A program made the translations under genes and the position numbers. 64,000 bases of DNA from the human T2T-CHM13v2.0 reference genome, Homo sapiens: assembly GCF_009914755.1 (NCBI RefSeq), contig NC_060932.1; one strand, given 5' to 3'. The notes beneath the pieces were generated by a model. The model was not told where the DNA came from. It was given only the letters and a program-made list of their open reading frames with translations, and made no database searches. This document shows, piece by piece, positions 14,010 to 32,863 of the stretch (position 1 is the stretch's first letter; every line of letters begins with the position of its first letter).

Positions 14010-14414
14010 CTAAACAGAAAGAAAGAAAGAAAAAGGAAGGAAGGAAACAAGGAAGGAAGGACATACAACGTAAAAACAAAAACATTTTTACGACGATCCC
14101 TTTTTCAACAGCTAGGGGCAATCCAGTGTGTTCAGTTGTGTTAGTTCTGTGTCTGTCAGGAGAAAAAGCCATGTAGAAGTGATGATTTAGTTTTCTTGGT
14201 GGGAACACAAGGGAAGCTAGTTGAAAGCAATGGTTGTGGGGTCTTGAATGGACAGGCAAGTCCGGTAGTCAGAAGAAGATTTTGATTAGAAACAGAGGAA
14301 TTTCTTCCAGGAAAATACATTGTCTTCATGACAAACCAAAAATACACCAAATGTTCTGAAAACTGCCCTTTAAAAAGAAAGAACAGATTGTTCAATTGAA
14401 ACACTTTCCTGAAG

Positions 14415-14525
14415 CCAATTGTTGCAGGCTGCCAGCCACCTTCAGTACCAGCCACCCCTCCGTCCTCCCCAGGGCCGGTATAAGGGGTGCATGAGAGACA
14501 CGTGCATGCAGAAGACTCCACCATG
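14415..14525 (+). promoter_or_regulatory. Candidate promoter cluster: CCAAT 14415-14419, TATAA 14479-14483, E-box CACGTG 14499-14504, Kozak-like CCACCATG (ATG 14523)
   Basis: Motifs read directly, with promoter-like spacing, in a locally GC/CpG-richer unique patch. Confidence 0.35.
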
Positions 14526-15992
14526 ATGCCTGGCTCCCATTGCACTGTCCCAGAGCGGCGTAGTGGCAGCTGGGGTTAGTGCTATCTGTCATGAAAGGGC
14601 ATTCTACTCGGTTGGCAGAGAACACTCACACACGGGGAAGCTGAGCCATCAGTGCAGGAGTTAATTCCCGTTTGCAATAATACTAAGGATGTCGCATTCA
14701 TATATACTCAATGAGCACTAAAGGAATCATAGGAATATGCTCTCACAGGAGATAATGTAGCCACAGTAGATAAAGGAGGATGTCCTGGAAGAAGGGGAAC
14801 CTTTTTTAAGCCAAGGGAGAAAACCACTGAAAAGTAAATCTTTGCATGTAGCTGTGCAGCTCTGCAGATCTAAAATCTGTGCTTTTTAAAAGTATACTCT
14901 GTGGAGTAGCAGTCCACATCAAAAGGTCACAGTTTAAAAGTTTTGTATTGTGCTTGGGTTATCCCTTAAGATGTTAGTTATATCATCACAAAAGAACAAG
15001 AGTAAACTGTAATTTACTATTTTTGGAGTATTTTTTTGTTGTTAGGCATTTGAAGGATGAGGTGCACAGTGCCCAAGAGTATGTCACAGCGGCAATTTCC
15101 ACTTTATGCAGAATTAATACTCAATTACTTATCTGCTTACCTGGACCTTGAGTGAATAATAGATTCCTAATAAAGGGTTTTTGAGCAAATGGACAAATTG
15201 GATGCATTTATGTTATAGCAGCCACAACAGCAAAAGAAAATCAAACACTTACAAAACAGAAGTCAATCAAGTTTTAACTAGAGGAGACACCAAAGTATCA
15301 TACAGTGGAGGAAAAATTCAAATGTTCTGCGCCAAGCTCCTATCATGCCAATTGTACATGTTTGTGCGTATGTAGGGTAGCTAGGGTTGGATGTGTAATC
15401 ATCCCTAAAATTCATTTGGTGAAGAAAAATACATTTTATTTGAAATCATTGTCTATTTTTATTCCTGCCAATATTTTGTATAACATAGAAGTCTGCCCCA
15501 GAGTGTAAATAAATAATGAGGAAGGTCACAGATCTAAATATACTATCTTGGTTCAATAATAAAAAGAGAATTTTTTCCTCGTAAGATTATTTTTTTCTTT
15601 GTGAACTTTGTATTAATTTAGGATTTAGGCGAATAATACATTGAATAGCAACTTTTCATATTCCTATAAATTGTGATATGCAGCTTCATAATATATAGTC
15701 AATAACCGAGCATCACTCTGTAGGTGGGGGGAAATGCTTTTTACCATAACCACGGAAGATACATTATGTCTCTCTGAAACCACGGAAACTTTCTAGCTGC
15801 TGAAAGCTGTTGGCACAATGCAATGCACCTTAGCAATGGAAGCATCCCCTCTGCCCCCTCCTGCTGAGACCCAGCAAAGGCCATCTGCTAATTGTTCTTG
15901 TCTTTGGAGTTCTTCCTGTGACCTGCAAAGAAGGTTCTCCATCCATATATCAATCTCTCTCTAACCCACATTTTCTGATTTCTCTGGTGCAG

Positions 15993-16114
15993 CCAGAATG
16001 GTCCCAGGAGAGCTCTAACACACTACATATCTGATGCTTAAAAAAGACCTCTTCATTACATGGCTTCAATAATGGTGGACTAAAGGGAGCCCAGGCACCC
16101 TGTCCCATGCTCAG
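15993..16114 (+). ncRNA. Candidate non-coding internal exon (122 nt)
   Basis: Branch site CTAAC at 15961-15965, pyrimidine tract, TGCAG| acceptor, CAG|GTGAGT consensus donor; stops in all three frames. Confidence 0.4.
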
Positions 16115-16907
16115 GTGAGTTAGAGAATGCTCCTAGGAGGATACTCCACATGCTGCGTAAACCTGGGAAGCTCAGGGCTTAAGCCTCAGAACAGCTCTAG
16201 ACATCCTGAGAAAGGCTGAGAAGACACAAGCCAAAACAAGCATGAAGTCATCTTCAAATTTTTTACTTCTAAAAGAGAAAGTATCTCTTTCTCTTTCTTT
16301 AAACAGGCTATTACTGTGCTGTACTATTTGTTTTTTTACCACACGCACACAAATATTGCCCATATCTAAATATACATCTTGCCCAAACACACAAGAAATG
16401 GAGCTAAAGTTTCTTTTTAGCAAATTACAGGCTCTAGCTATCTATGACTAAGTCCAGGGAGATCAGGTTGCTGCATCACGAGGCAGCTTTTTCCCTTTGC
16501 ATGCCAGTGTGCTGGGTGGTATGTGCTGTGTGTACAAAAGGAGACTCTTTGATGCTACGAACACTGGTCTCTGTGCTCTGGCATCAATGTCTCTCTCCTG
16601 GCCTTGGGAGAACTCCATGCCATACGGTGTGCTGCTCCCCTGGGCTCTGAGCATAGGGCTATGGTTATGACAAGGGAAAATATTAACAAGCATTGCAAGG
16701 TGATGACAACGTTACAGAAGGCAGAGGGTTTTGAATGTGGTGGTGACAGATGGTTGTCTAAAAACCCCTGAAGGAATCAGAAAATATCCATAGACCCTTG
16801 GCTCCCTAAAGTCTTCCCTTGAGGGTCTTTGTGGAGACCTGTTTTTCTCACTCCTTCATTACCCATTTTTAATTTGACATAATTTCTGCCAATTTCCTTT
16901 CCTAGCA

Positions 16908-17066
16908 CTGCATCGTGCAATACAGTAGCCATTAACCACACGTGGCTATTTCAATTTCAATTGAAATCAATTAAAAATAAATAAAATTTAATTTCAGCTC
17001 AACCACACTAACCATATTTCAACTGTTTAATAGCTAATGCTGCTACTAACAACAGTATGGACAATA
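16908..17066 (-). mobile_element. MER3 hAT element
   Basis: caatacagtagccattaaccacacgtggctattt...AT core...cagtatggaca. Confidence 0.75.
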
Positions 17067-17569
17067 GAGATTAACACTATTCTAGAATAAGACTCCCCAT
17101 TTCCACAGCTTCAGTCATGACGCATGCTGGAATCACTGGGGACTCATGTCTTCTGGCATTCTTGATCTTCCATCTGTAGTCTCTGTCTTTCTTCATTTTC
17201 ACACTTACCCTTCTCCTCACCCTATGTAGCTAGTCTAATCCATACACATTTTCTCAAGTTTTGAATTGTTATTATTGAAAACATTTTCTTTTCAAAACAC
17301 TTCAGTGTTACCCAAGACCAAGTTTCTGAACAGTGATTCACAGGCTTTAGTTTTTGCTTCAAAGACCACAATATTGATTACTCAAAAATCTAAGAGATGC
17401 TCTTAAGGCAAAAAAGTGATCATAATTCTTCAATATTTAATAATGGACTGGCTAGATTTAGATTCTGCAACATTAAATTATCTAAGGCCAATGTCCCTTT
17501 AATTTCCTTTGAGAAGTGATTAAAGCTACTAGAATGCTGCCATTCCAGGAAGGAGAAAATATATTCACT

Positions 17570-17812
17570 AATAATAGCTAATGTTTATTGAATGCAGAAT
17601 CGATGTCAGGCATTGAGTAACCACTGAGTGCTCCACCAGATTGCCTCTTTTCAACCCACAGCGATCTTTTGATGTAGATGTTATTTCTATTTTACAACTC
17701 ACCAAACTAATGCACAGAAAAATTATATAACATTCTCAAAATAACAGAGGAAAGTGGCAAAAACAAGATTTGAACCCACATCTTTCTCACTCGAGAGCCG
17801 AAGTCCTCAAGC
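17570..17812 (-). mobile_element. MIR
   Basis: aatagctaatgtttattgaatgc...attttaca...gatttgaaccca. Confidence 0.8.
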
Positions 17813-17859
17813 TTGATGCAGTTTTCCCTCTTCAGTATGGTGTACTTTGATCTTCCTAG

Positions 17860-18110
17860 CTGTTTTACTTATTATCTCCTTTGCTTCTCCAAGAAGTCTT
17901 ATGAAGTAGTCCAGGCCTCATATTAGTGCCTGATACACAGTATCTGATGAATAAAACAGTGTGTCAGTTTTCTTTTCCCAACTTGCAAATGACCAAACTG
18001 AAACTTAGAGAAGTTAAAGGTAGAGGGACGCAGAGACAATAAGATGTAGTGCTGAAAATTGCACCTGTATCTCCTGATTTCACTAGTGCTAAAGTCCTGC
18101 TTTCATTACT
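17860..18110 (-). mobile_element. MIR fragment(s)
   Basis: ttgcaaatgaccaaactgaaacttagagaagttaa core. Confidence 0.6.
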
Positions 18111-18649
18111 CTCAAACATGAATAAATAATAGATGTTATCTCAGGAATTTCCTCCTACTGTCAATAAGGATTTCTAGTTCCAGAAAAGATGGTAAGCTTG
18201 CACACGCTACTGGCTTCTTCCCCTGAACCCACCCTGGAAAAGCCGCAGAAGTGAGGAGGTTAAGTATTCTGAACATCACAGAACACTCATGAGAAACACT
18301 TGAGGAGGCACTGGAGCTGGCCCAGGACAAAACTACAAAAGCAAGAGATGCATGAGGTCTGGTCACCTCTGGGAATCCTCTACTCTCTCCATCTCTCTAT
18401 ACACACGCTGTGGATTAAAAGAGTCTCAGAGAATAGCATCATGGCGAAGAGGGGATGGGAGAGCTAGTGAGGTTTGTCTGGAGCAGAGCCTCCCCAGAGG
18501 GGGAAGGAAGAAAATGAGTATTTTTGGGGCTCTGATTGCAAGACCAGAGGCTCCAATGTCCTAAGGCACCAAAGCTAAACCTCCTATGGAAGAGAACAAG
18601 CTGCGACTTCAGAGCATTTTCCTTCTCCCAGACCTATATTGTGAGCCAG

Positions 18650-23520
<4,871 letters not shown>

Positions 23521-23654
23521 GAAGTGCTTGCAGAAACATATGACAAAGATCTATCATATGGTTAACTCAATTCCATGCACCCAACGTTAAAAAATAAAGT
23601 CAGAGGACAGAGCTACTAAATTTTGAAAAGCTTCCATCTTCAATATGGAACCAA

Positions 23655-23885
23655 GGCAGCATAGACTAGCAGGTAAGAGAAGGAAATCTGGATTCAGACT
23701 TCCTGGGGTCGAAGCCCAGCTCTGCAAGGGAGACTGGTGGCTTCATGCCTTGGTTCCATCATCTATGAAAAGACAGATAATAATAGCACCTATGACACAA
23801 GACAGTTGTGAGGATCAAATAAGTTCATATTTGCAAGACAGAGTAGTATCTGGCATAGAGTGTTTGATTTTAAAATGCTTAATAC
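23655..23885 (+). mobile_element. MIR
   Basis: catctatgaaaagacagataataatagcacctat...gttgtgaggatcaaata. Confidence 0.8.
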
Positions 23886-24309
23886 ATTTTATTACCTGTC
23901 TTATTTGAACCCCTGATAGTACTTCACAGTGTTGGAAGCAGACATACAAATACTTTCTAGAAAAGGACTACATCTCAGAGCAACAAAAAACACACATATT
24001 GAAAGAATGATTAACATAATGGCCTTGCAAACTTATAGGATAATGGGAACTCCAAATTTGAGACAGGAGTGGACAATATGTTTCACTGAATCATCATGCT
24101 GCATATTTTTGCCCTTTGTCTTTTTGACAGTTTCTAAGGGAAAATATGTTTAAAATGTCACCTAAAAGACTGACAAACTGAGGTGCTTATAACTTACTAT
24201 ACCTATTTCTAACAGAACAAGTGTAGTCTAAAAACCTAGTATTCAGTTCTACATTTATCAATAATGGCCCTCAATTAATAATTTTTAGTTTTTTAGTGAT
24301 TTTTAAAAT

Positions 24310-26823
24310 AGCACTTGTCCCTCCACCTTGTATCATTACTGCCCCCAGCGCAAATGCATGCATGGACACCAGTGGCCTCGCTCCCTGTCCCATCCCACCA
24401 CCACCGTGGGCACAAATGTGTGCATGTAGGCTCCACCCACTAACACTTCACCACTATGCTGACACCACTGCCAGTTCAAATGCATGCACAGAGGCCAGTG
24501 GCCATGCCCCCTGCACCGCAAGACCACCACTACTTGTGTAAAGGTGGCACAGAAGCCAGCAGTCACACGTCTGCCAGTGCCCCACCACGGCCAAGAAGCA
24601 TGCACCCCACCATGCTGCCACTGTTGCTGGCATAAGCAAATTAGCACAGTTCCTACTGCCACCAATCCAATGAAGTGCTTTAGTAGGCACCACCCATTGG
24701 AGTGTTGTGGCCAGTAGTCAGGGAACACTTTGGACCCTCCAGTGCAGTAGGCTCCTGACCTTGAGGGGCCAGAAAACAAAGCTGGGAGTCCAGTATTAGC
24801 ATCCCTGAGTTACAGCATGCAGCCTAGGAGTACTAAACTGAGCCTTGGCCCCCTGAAATCTTCCAGAAGCCACACAAGTCAACTGGAGCCACCTTACAAT
24901 CAAAACCCAAGGGCATCAAAGAAGATAAAAGCAAAAAAACAAAAACAAGCAAAAACAAAAACATCCAAAGGACAGCAGCTTCAAAGACTGAGGGAACATC
25001 AGCCAACACAGATGAGAAAGAACCAGCATAAGAACTTCGGAAACTCAAAAAGCTAGAATGTCTTCTTTCCTTCAAACAACTGCGCTAGTTCCTCAGCAAG
25101 GGTTCTTAACTGGGCTGAGATGGCTCATCACAACATGGATAGGAACAAAGATCCTGAAGATTCAAGAGAAGTTGAAACCCAATCCAAGGATTTTAAGGAA
25201 TAAAATAAAATGATACAGGAGATGAAAGACAAAATGGCCATTTTAAGAAAGAACCAAACTGGTCTGACAGAACTAAAAAAACTCACTTCAAGAATTTCAC
25301 AATATAATCACAAGTATTAACAGCAGAATTGGTGAAGCTGAGGAAAAGTTTCAGAACTCAAAGACCAGGTCTCCAAAATAACTAAGTCAGACAAAAATAA
25401 AGAAAAAACAATGAAGAATGAACAAAACCCCAAGATATATAGAATTAGGTGAAGAGACCAAATCTATGACTCATTGGCATTTCTAAAAGAGATGGAAAGA
25501 GAGGAAGCAACATGGAAAACAAATTTTGGGATATTTTCCATTAAAATTCTCACAATGCAGCTAGGGAGGCCAACATTCAAATTTAGGAAATGCAGAGAAC
25601 CCTTGCACAATACACGACACAAAAAGATAATCCCCAAGACACATTATCATCAGAGACCCCAAGGCAAATGTGGAAGAAAAAAATATTACAGGCAGCTAGA
25701 CAGAAGGAGCAGGTCAGCTCTAAAGGAAATTATATCAGACTAAAACTGGACCTTTCAGCAGAAACCCTACAAGCCAGAACAGATTGGGGGCCTATATTCC
25801 GATTTCTTAAATAAAAGAAATTCCAACTAGGAATTTTACATCCCACCGAACTAAGCTTATAAGTGAGGGAGAAATAGGATCCTTTTGAGACAAGAAAATG
25901 TTAAGAGAATTCATTACCACCAAACCTGACTTAGAAGAGGTCCTGAAGGGATTGCCAAATATGGAAATGAAAGACCGCTACTGGCCACTACAAAAACACA
26001 CTTAGGTATATAGACCATTGTCACTATAAAGAAACCACACCAACAAGTTTGCCTAATTATCAGCTAACAAAACAATGACAGGATCAAATCCACACATATC
26101 AATATTAACCTTGAATGTAAATGGGCTAAATGCCCCAATTAAAAGACATGCAATGGCAAGTTAGATAAAGAAGCAAGACCCAACTGTATACTATCTTCCG
26201 AAGACCCATCTCACATGCAATAACACTCATATGCTCAAAGTAAAAGGATGGAGAAAAATCTACCAAGCAAATGGAAAACAAAACAAGCAGGGGTTGCTAT
26301 TCTAATTTCAGACAAAACAGACTTTAAACAAGCAATAATCAAAAAAAGACAAAGAAGGGCACTACATAGTGATAATGAGTTTACTTCAACAAGACCTAAC
26401 TATTCTAAATATATATGCACTCAACACAGGAGCACTCAGATTCATAAAGCAAGTTCTTAGAGACATATGAAGAGACTTAGATAACCATACCATAATAGTG
26501 AGAGACTTCAACCTCCCACTAACAATATTAGACAGATCACTGAGGCAGAAAACTAAAGATATTCAGGATGTGAACTCAACACTTGACTCAATGGACCTAA
26601 CAAACATCTACAGAACTCTCTACCCCTAACAACAGAATATACATTCTTGAAATCTGCACATGGCATACACTCTAAATCAGCCACATGATTGGCCATAAAA
26701 CAATTCTCAAAATTAAAAAAAAAAAAAGCCCCACAAAGTCATACCAACCACACCCTTGGACCATAGCACAATGAAAATAGAAATCAATACTAAGAAAATT
26801 GCTCAATTGTACAATTACATGGA
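24310..26823 (+). mobile_element. L1PA13-16/L1P4-type LINE: partial 5'UTR, ORF1 and ORF2 endonuclease; 3' part missing
   Basis: ORF1 ATG 25012 (MRKNQHKNFGNSKS); ORF2 ATGACAGGATCAAATCC at 26075; similarity stops at acaattacatgga with no 3'UTR or poly-A. Confidence 0.93.
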
Positions 26824-27676
26824 GTAAAGAGCACCTTCTGAACCTGGGTTTCTATGGATATATCTGTGGGTTCTTGAAGCGGAAAACAGCAAGATTCTAT
26901 TCCACCATAACAGTTTATCATTTTCTCTCATCAGGTGGCCCTGCCTATTCTAGACCTCAGGGCACTATGCCCACCCTCTGTGTATTGTCTTCCTTTTGCC
27001 CAGTTTGAGTCCTAATATTACAGTTAGAATCTCACCTGAGGAAGACTTCTAAATGCAAAGATGGGGTCCTCAACTCTTGTGTGCTTATCTGACAAGGACC
27101 TCTCAAGACAAGTTTAACTCCAATGCAGCTTATCTCTCTTCTGCCCCAGTCTTTCTCTTAACTTGGATTTCCTGACACTAATGCCAAGACTCTGTTCCTG
27201 TCTTCTCATGCATCACATTGACCTGGCTCCAAGCGTGGCTTCTCTTGGCTCCCATGCTGTTCTCATCCTGGGCCCAACCATGCCTACTAGTGCTCATCAT
27301 CTGGGTGTCATACAAAAGCTTTCTCCCCCATCCTCGATGGGACTGTGATATGTGACATTACACTCTCTGCCTTTTACTTGTTTTATTTTGTTGCTTGTAG
27401 AAGATCTGTTGATAAGACAACCATAGAGGTGAATGTGTTCTCTCTATCTTGCATAAAATTATAGTTCAAAATCTTGTCCACCTCTTCTAATCAAGAACCC
27501 TTATTATGATGCAGTAGACACTCTGAGGGATGAAACTCAATGGACTTTTCCAACATTTGAACTAAGAAAGTGCTGTATCACTGTATCAATTCGTAATACA
27601 ATTTTTAAAACCCCAATTTAAAATATCTCTCAAATTAGAAGTTATGAAGTATCTCAGATCCCCAAACTCTATATAT

Positions 27677-27846
27677 CCTTGCTACTGCAAGTGTGGACTT
27701 GAGCCTGTAACATAAGCACCCTAGGGAGATTGTCAGAAAGGCAGAATGTCAGGCCCCACGTCTGACCTATTCAATCCAAATCTGTATTTTTGTTTCAACA
27801 GGATCTCCAGGTGATTCTTGTGTGTATTACAGTTAGAGAAATACTG
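27677..27846. mobile_element. MER5A-type MITE
   Basis: gctactgcaagtgtgg...gcagaatgtcaggcccca...atctccaggtgattc...agttagagaaatactg. Confidence 0.75.
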
Positions 27847-28799
27847 TTTTTTGTTCACTTTATTCCTTAGTAGGAAGCCTCGAATTTAAACATTAACTTA
27901 AAATGTAGACATGTAGGAATCTATAATATGTTTACACACTAAAGAGAAAGGATTTCATATTCACAAATGTTTGTGTGCTGCAGACAAAATGTATTTGCGT
28001 GTGAGTGTTCTCTGCTTCATCCTTCCCATCAACATTTTCACTGAAAAAATTTTATCTGCACCCTTAACTTCTCTTCCCCCTTTGCTTTCTAACGAGACTT
28101 CTGTCTTTTCCGGTCTAGTTTCTTGACTTTGAAATGTAGAAGCAGAAGAACAGGCCTTGGAAGATAGGAATAAAGAGCAAGAAAGAAAAAGAAAAGAGAA
28201 CAGCAATAAAGCAGAGTAGGCTCACAGGTTGGGAATTGGGGAATAGCTGGAGGTAGAGAGAAGAGGATGAAGGAAGATCACATGTGATGAGCACATTCCA
28301 GCCTCAGCCACACCTGGACCAGACGAGAAGCAACAGAGATCAACTACCAGGGGGCAAGGGGGGCGGGTCATTGAACCAAAGAAGTGCCAGAGAGGGGAAT
28401 GACAGCTGTGTGTCCAGACCAGGAGGGCTAGGTTCTGGGCATTGGCAGAGAGAAAGGCAGACCTTTGGAACAGGAGCACGGTTTGAGGACTGCATTGTAG
28501 ACACACACGAGCAGCCTCTGAGCATTACCTCTATAAGAGGGAGGATATTGAGAGGAGCCAGAGTACACACCAAGATAATAACATAGACTGTAACACAGAC
28601 CTTATATAGAAGGAACTTTGAGGCTGCAAATCATCTCTGTGGGTCAGAACACAGTCAAATAAATTATACTTTGATGCTGTAATTTTAATGCTGCTCTTAC
28701 CCCAAGCTAGGGATAATTTACTTAAAACTGCAAAGCAATGATGTTTAAAATGATTTGGTACCAGTCAGTGAAATTGACCAAAATCTAGTAACTCTTATA

Positions 28800-28940
28800 A
28801 TATCTATAAAAATATGTGTGTATAGATACATATATATTTGCATACACACGCACTATATATAATACTTATATATGAATTATAATTACCTATATATAATATA
28901 GGCATATATGTATATTATTTCTGTGTATGTGTGTACATAT
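28800..28940. repeat. (TA/TG)-rich low-complexity tract
   Basis: Direct reading. Confidence 0.8.
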
Positions 28941-28941
28941 A

Positions 28942-29283
28942 CAGTCAGCCCTCTGTATTTATGAGTTCTGTATCTATAGATTCAACCAACTGTGGCTCTA
29001 AAATAATTGGGAAAAAATATTCCACAAAGTTCCAAAAAGCAAAATTTGAATTTGCCACCCACAGAATACTATGTTGAATCCAGGCAACTGAAGCGATGTG
29101 TGGGCATTGTGTTAGGTATCACAAGGAATCCAGAGATGATTTAAAGCATACAGAACAATGTGCATAGATTTTATGCAAATACTACACCATTTCACATTCC
29201 AGGACTTGAGCATCCACGGATTTTGGTATTTAAGGAAGGAGCTATCCCAGAACCAATCCCCTGTGGATACCACCAGATGACTG
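28942..29283. mobile_element. MER2-type Tc1/mariner (Tigger-related) MITE, full length
   Basis: TA|CAGTCAGCCCTCTGTAT...GGATACCACCAGATGACTG termini; gattcaaccaac and ggacttgagcatccacggattttggtat. Confidence 0.9.
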
Positions 29284-29634
29284 TCTATGAGTGTGTATGT
29301 GTGTGATGGGTGTATATCAATATACACACACATATTACAATATACGTACCTTCTATTTGTACCACTTTTTTCTTCAAGAGTTCACAGAATTTACAAAATT
29401 TCAAACTGCTGTCCCAGCCTATTCACCCTATAAATTGGTGTGAATTCACCTTTAGGCTCTGGAGTGAGTACCCTAAATATATTAGAGTATTGCCATTCCA
29501 AAAACCAGAAAAGGTTTTTAAAATAAATGATACTAAGTATTATTACCCTGCAGTTAAAGATAAACAAAAGCACTCAGGTAATAACTCACAATATAACTAG
29601 GAGGTCATATATAGAATGATCTCTGAGAAAGTAA

Positions 29635-29907
<273 letters not shown>

Positions 29908-31057
29908 TAAATTGGTGATCTCAGGTTAAAATCCAAATGACTTTCTAGATGCTTAAATTATGTATATACTAAACTTGAATGGAGAAGTGATTCTGATCAT
30001 GTAAATCACTCTGCTTAGTGATCAATTTCAATTGCAATTCAACTTCTAAGCCAGTCACTCTTCATTATTTGAGGAATCACAGTGTCCTCATGGTGGTCTT
30101 CCCACTGGAACTGCAGATTCATAGGTATTCAGATTGGCATATGGTTGCCAGGGGTGACTGAAGGCATTTCATTCCTTAATGCCATATGGACTTTAATTTT
30201 ATATATTTTTATTTTAAATGTTTACACAATTGTCTTACATTGCAATTTGTTAGCCTGATCCTTCCTTCTGCACCAGAGAAAAATTGTTTTAAGATATTTA
30301 AGAATGCCTCCACAATGCCCCCGCCTTCTGTTCCAAACCTCATATGGATTAATCTCCAAGTTATAAGGAAATTGATCCATCACCTCTAAAAGTTATACTT
30401 CCCACATTCTCACAAGATCTAGCACTGAACACAAGTGCACACACACACTTTTATCATTTTGTTATTACTTTGTGATAACTTATCATTAGACTCCCACACT
30501 GGGTTTGTTATATAACTTTCATGAATTACATAATGTACTGAAAGCTATTATTGCAAAATGGACAGTGTGTCTTTTCATTACCACCTGTGATTCTGAAGTG
30601 AGGGTTCAGAACAAACATTCCTCCCTCAGTTTTCTGTGAAGCGTCTACAAAAACGTCTTTATTCTTGCAGTTCAATTCTTACATTTTAAAATTCAATTTT
30701 TTAGGTAAGCAGGTTCATAGCATTTTCCCCAGGACCATTCCTATTAATATCCAAAATATCAAAAAGCTATAATTAACATTTAAATATATAAGATACTTAA
30801 CAACAAAAATATTAAGTAGATTACACTGAGAGTCAATGTTATTCCTTGTTTCAGTTGGCATGTGAGTCTTTGAGATGGTTTTTAGTCTTTCCACTTTCCC
30901 TGGGATGTAGTTCATACTCTCATCCACCACGCACCCCAGATCTATGAAGGCACATCTTCCCCGGTCGGGGTGATCCCAGGGATCTCCTGCATGCAATGTG
31001 TACAGATTTTGGAATTGAGCACAAAATCCTCTCTGACCCATCCTAGCAGAAGTAATC

Positions 31058-31111
31058 TTTCTCTCTCTCTCTCTCTCTCATTCTCTCTCTCCTCATTTCT
31101 CTGTCTCTCTC
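31058..31111. repeat. (CT)n-rich microsatellite
   Basis: Direct reading. Confidence 0.9.
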
Positions 31112-32441
31112 CTGGCCAATCCCAAGTATTTATAATCTGTGTGTGTGTTTCCAGCTGCCCACTCTGGCTTCACATTGCTGTGCCCGTGCCAGGGAAGAGG
31201 CGGATTTGAAAAATATTTCTAATGATTAACATCTATTCTGTTTCCATCTCTTCCTAGATATGTACAACTTTTATCTCTCATATATATCTCTGGAGATTTA
31301 CTTCTCATCTTCAATGGGCCAAAGTTCCTGACCAACCAGCTAAAATTCCTGGACCACATTGTAAACCAGATATGATTGGGTGCCACAAACAGTCTGTATC
31401 ATCACCAGATAACAACTTTGGAGCAGGATTTCTTTTTCATTCTCCAAAATAAAATTAATTCCACTTAGAACAAGAGAGAAGGCATACTTCACCGATGACT
31501 TCACAGGGAGAAAAAAGAGTTGGATTGTAATGTACAGGGCACAGCACCCCATAATCCCCAACAGACACATACATCCATGCATTCTTAGGCATTTTCACCT
31601 CAGTCTTTCTTCTTGGCTTTCAGCAGTTATGTCCTCCCCATTCCCTCCTCATTCCCTCCTGACTTTTCCTTCCTTGAGTCTCCAGTGTTCTCTCTCTATT
31701 GCACGGACAATTGCCCTGCACCTTAATAAGTTGACTTTACTCGCCTGGGTGCATAAACTTCTGCATGTGCACATCTAATGCTAATCACTTTCTGCAAATG
31801 AGTAAATGCCCAGTACAAGGTATGACCCAGGTACTTGACATTTCCCCTTTCATTTTTAAAACTTCTCAAAAGTAACGAAAATAAAACACCAAAGCACAAG
31901 CTTTATTTTCAGTGAAATAGAAACAAGGCTCAAAAACATGTGTTAAAGACAACTAAAAGTAGCCAAGTTTATGTATAGCCCCATAGACAAGGAGCTTGAT
32001 AGAAACCAATGAAAGATCTCACAATGAGTGAGAAACACCACATCAGAGAACTTGCCACCAAATATATACTCACTGAAGGTGAGGGTAGCATTTTGAAGGG
32101 CAGAGCCACAGCTCTTTTCCGCAACAGCATCATAGAAATAGGGCCTCCTACATGACAGCAGATAGTACTCCTAGATCTAGTTTGGGTCAGAGGAGCGGAG
32201 AAGACAGGACTCCCTAGTTAATCACACAAGCCTTATTTTTAGTAACTGTAAGACTCTGGTATCTGAGAAGATGCCTTATGCATGGACCCTCCATGCACAT
32301 AGGAAACTTTTGCAAATGGCTTGTCAAAGAAAACCGAATTCATTCGATCATAAGTCATAAAAAGAACTATTCAGCAAGCATACAAAGACACTATAAGGCA
32401 GAAAGAACGAGTAGCAAGATTTCTTAAAAGGTGAGGAATAT

Positions 32442-32863
<422 letters not shown>

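Noticed and set aside
14156-14545. 129-aa minus ORF in the unique island
   Set aside because: No recognisable homology or convincing splice donor; the region is kept only as a promoter candidate.
30671-30704. 34-nt micro-exon (CAG|...TAG|GTAAGC)
   Set aside because: Very AT-rich with no other support; such signal pairs arise by chance.
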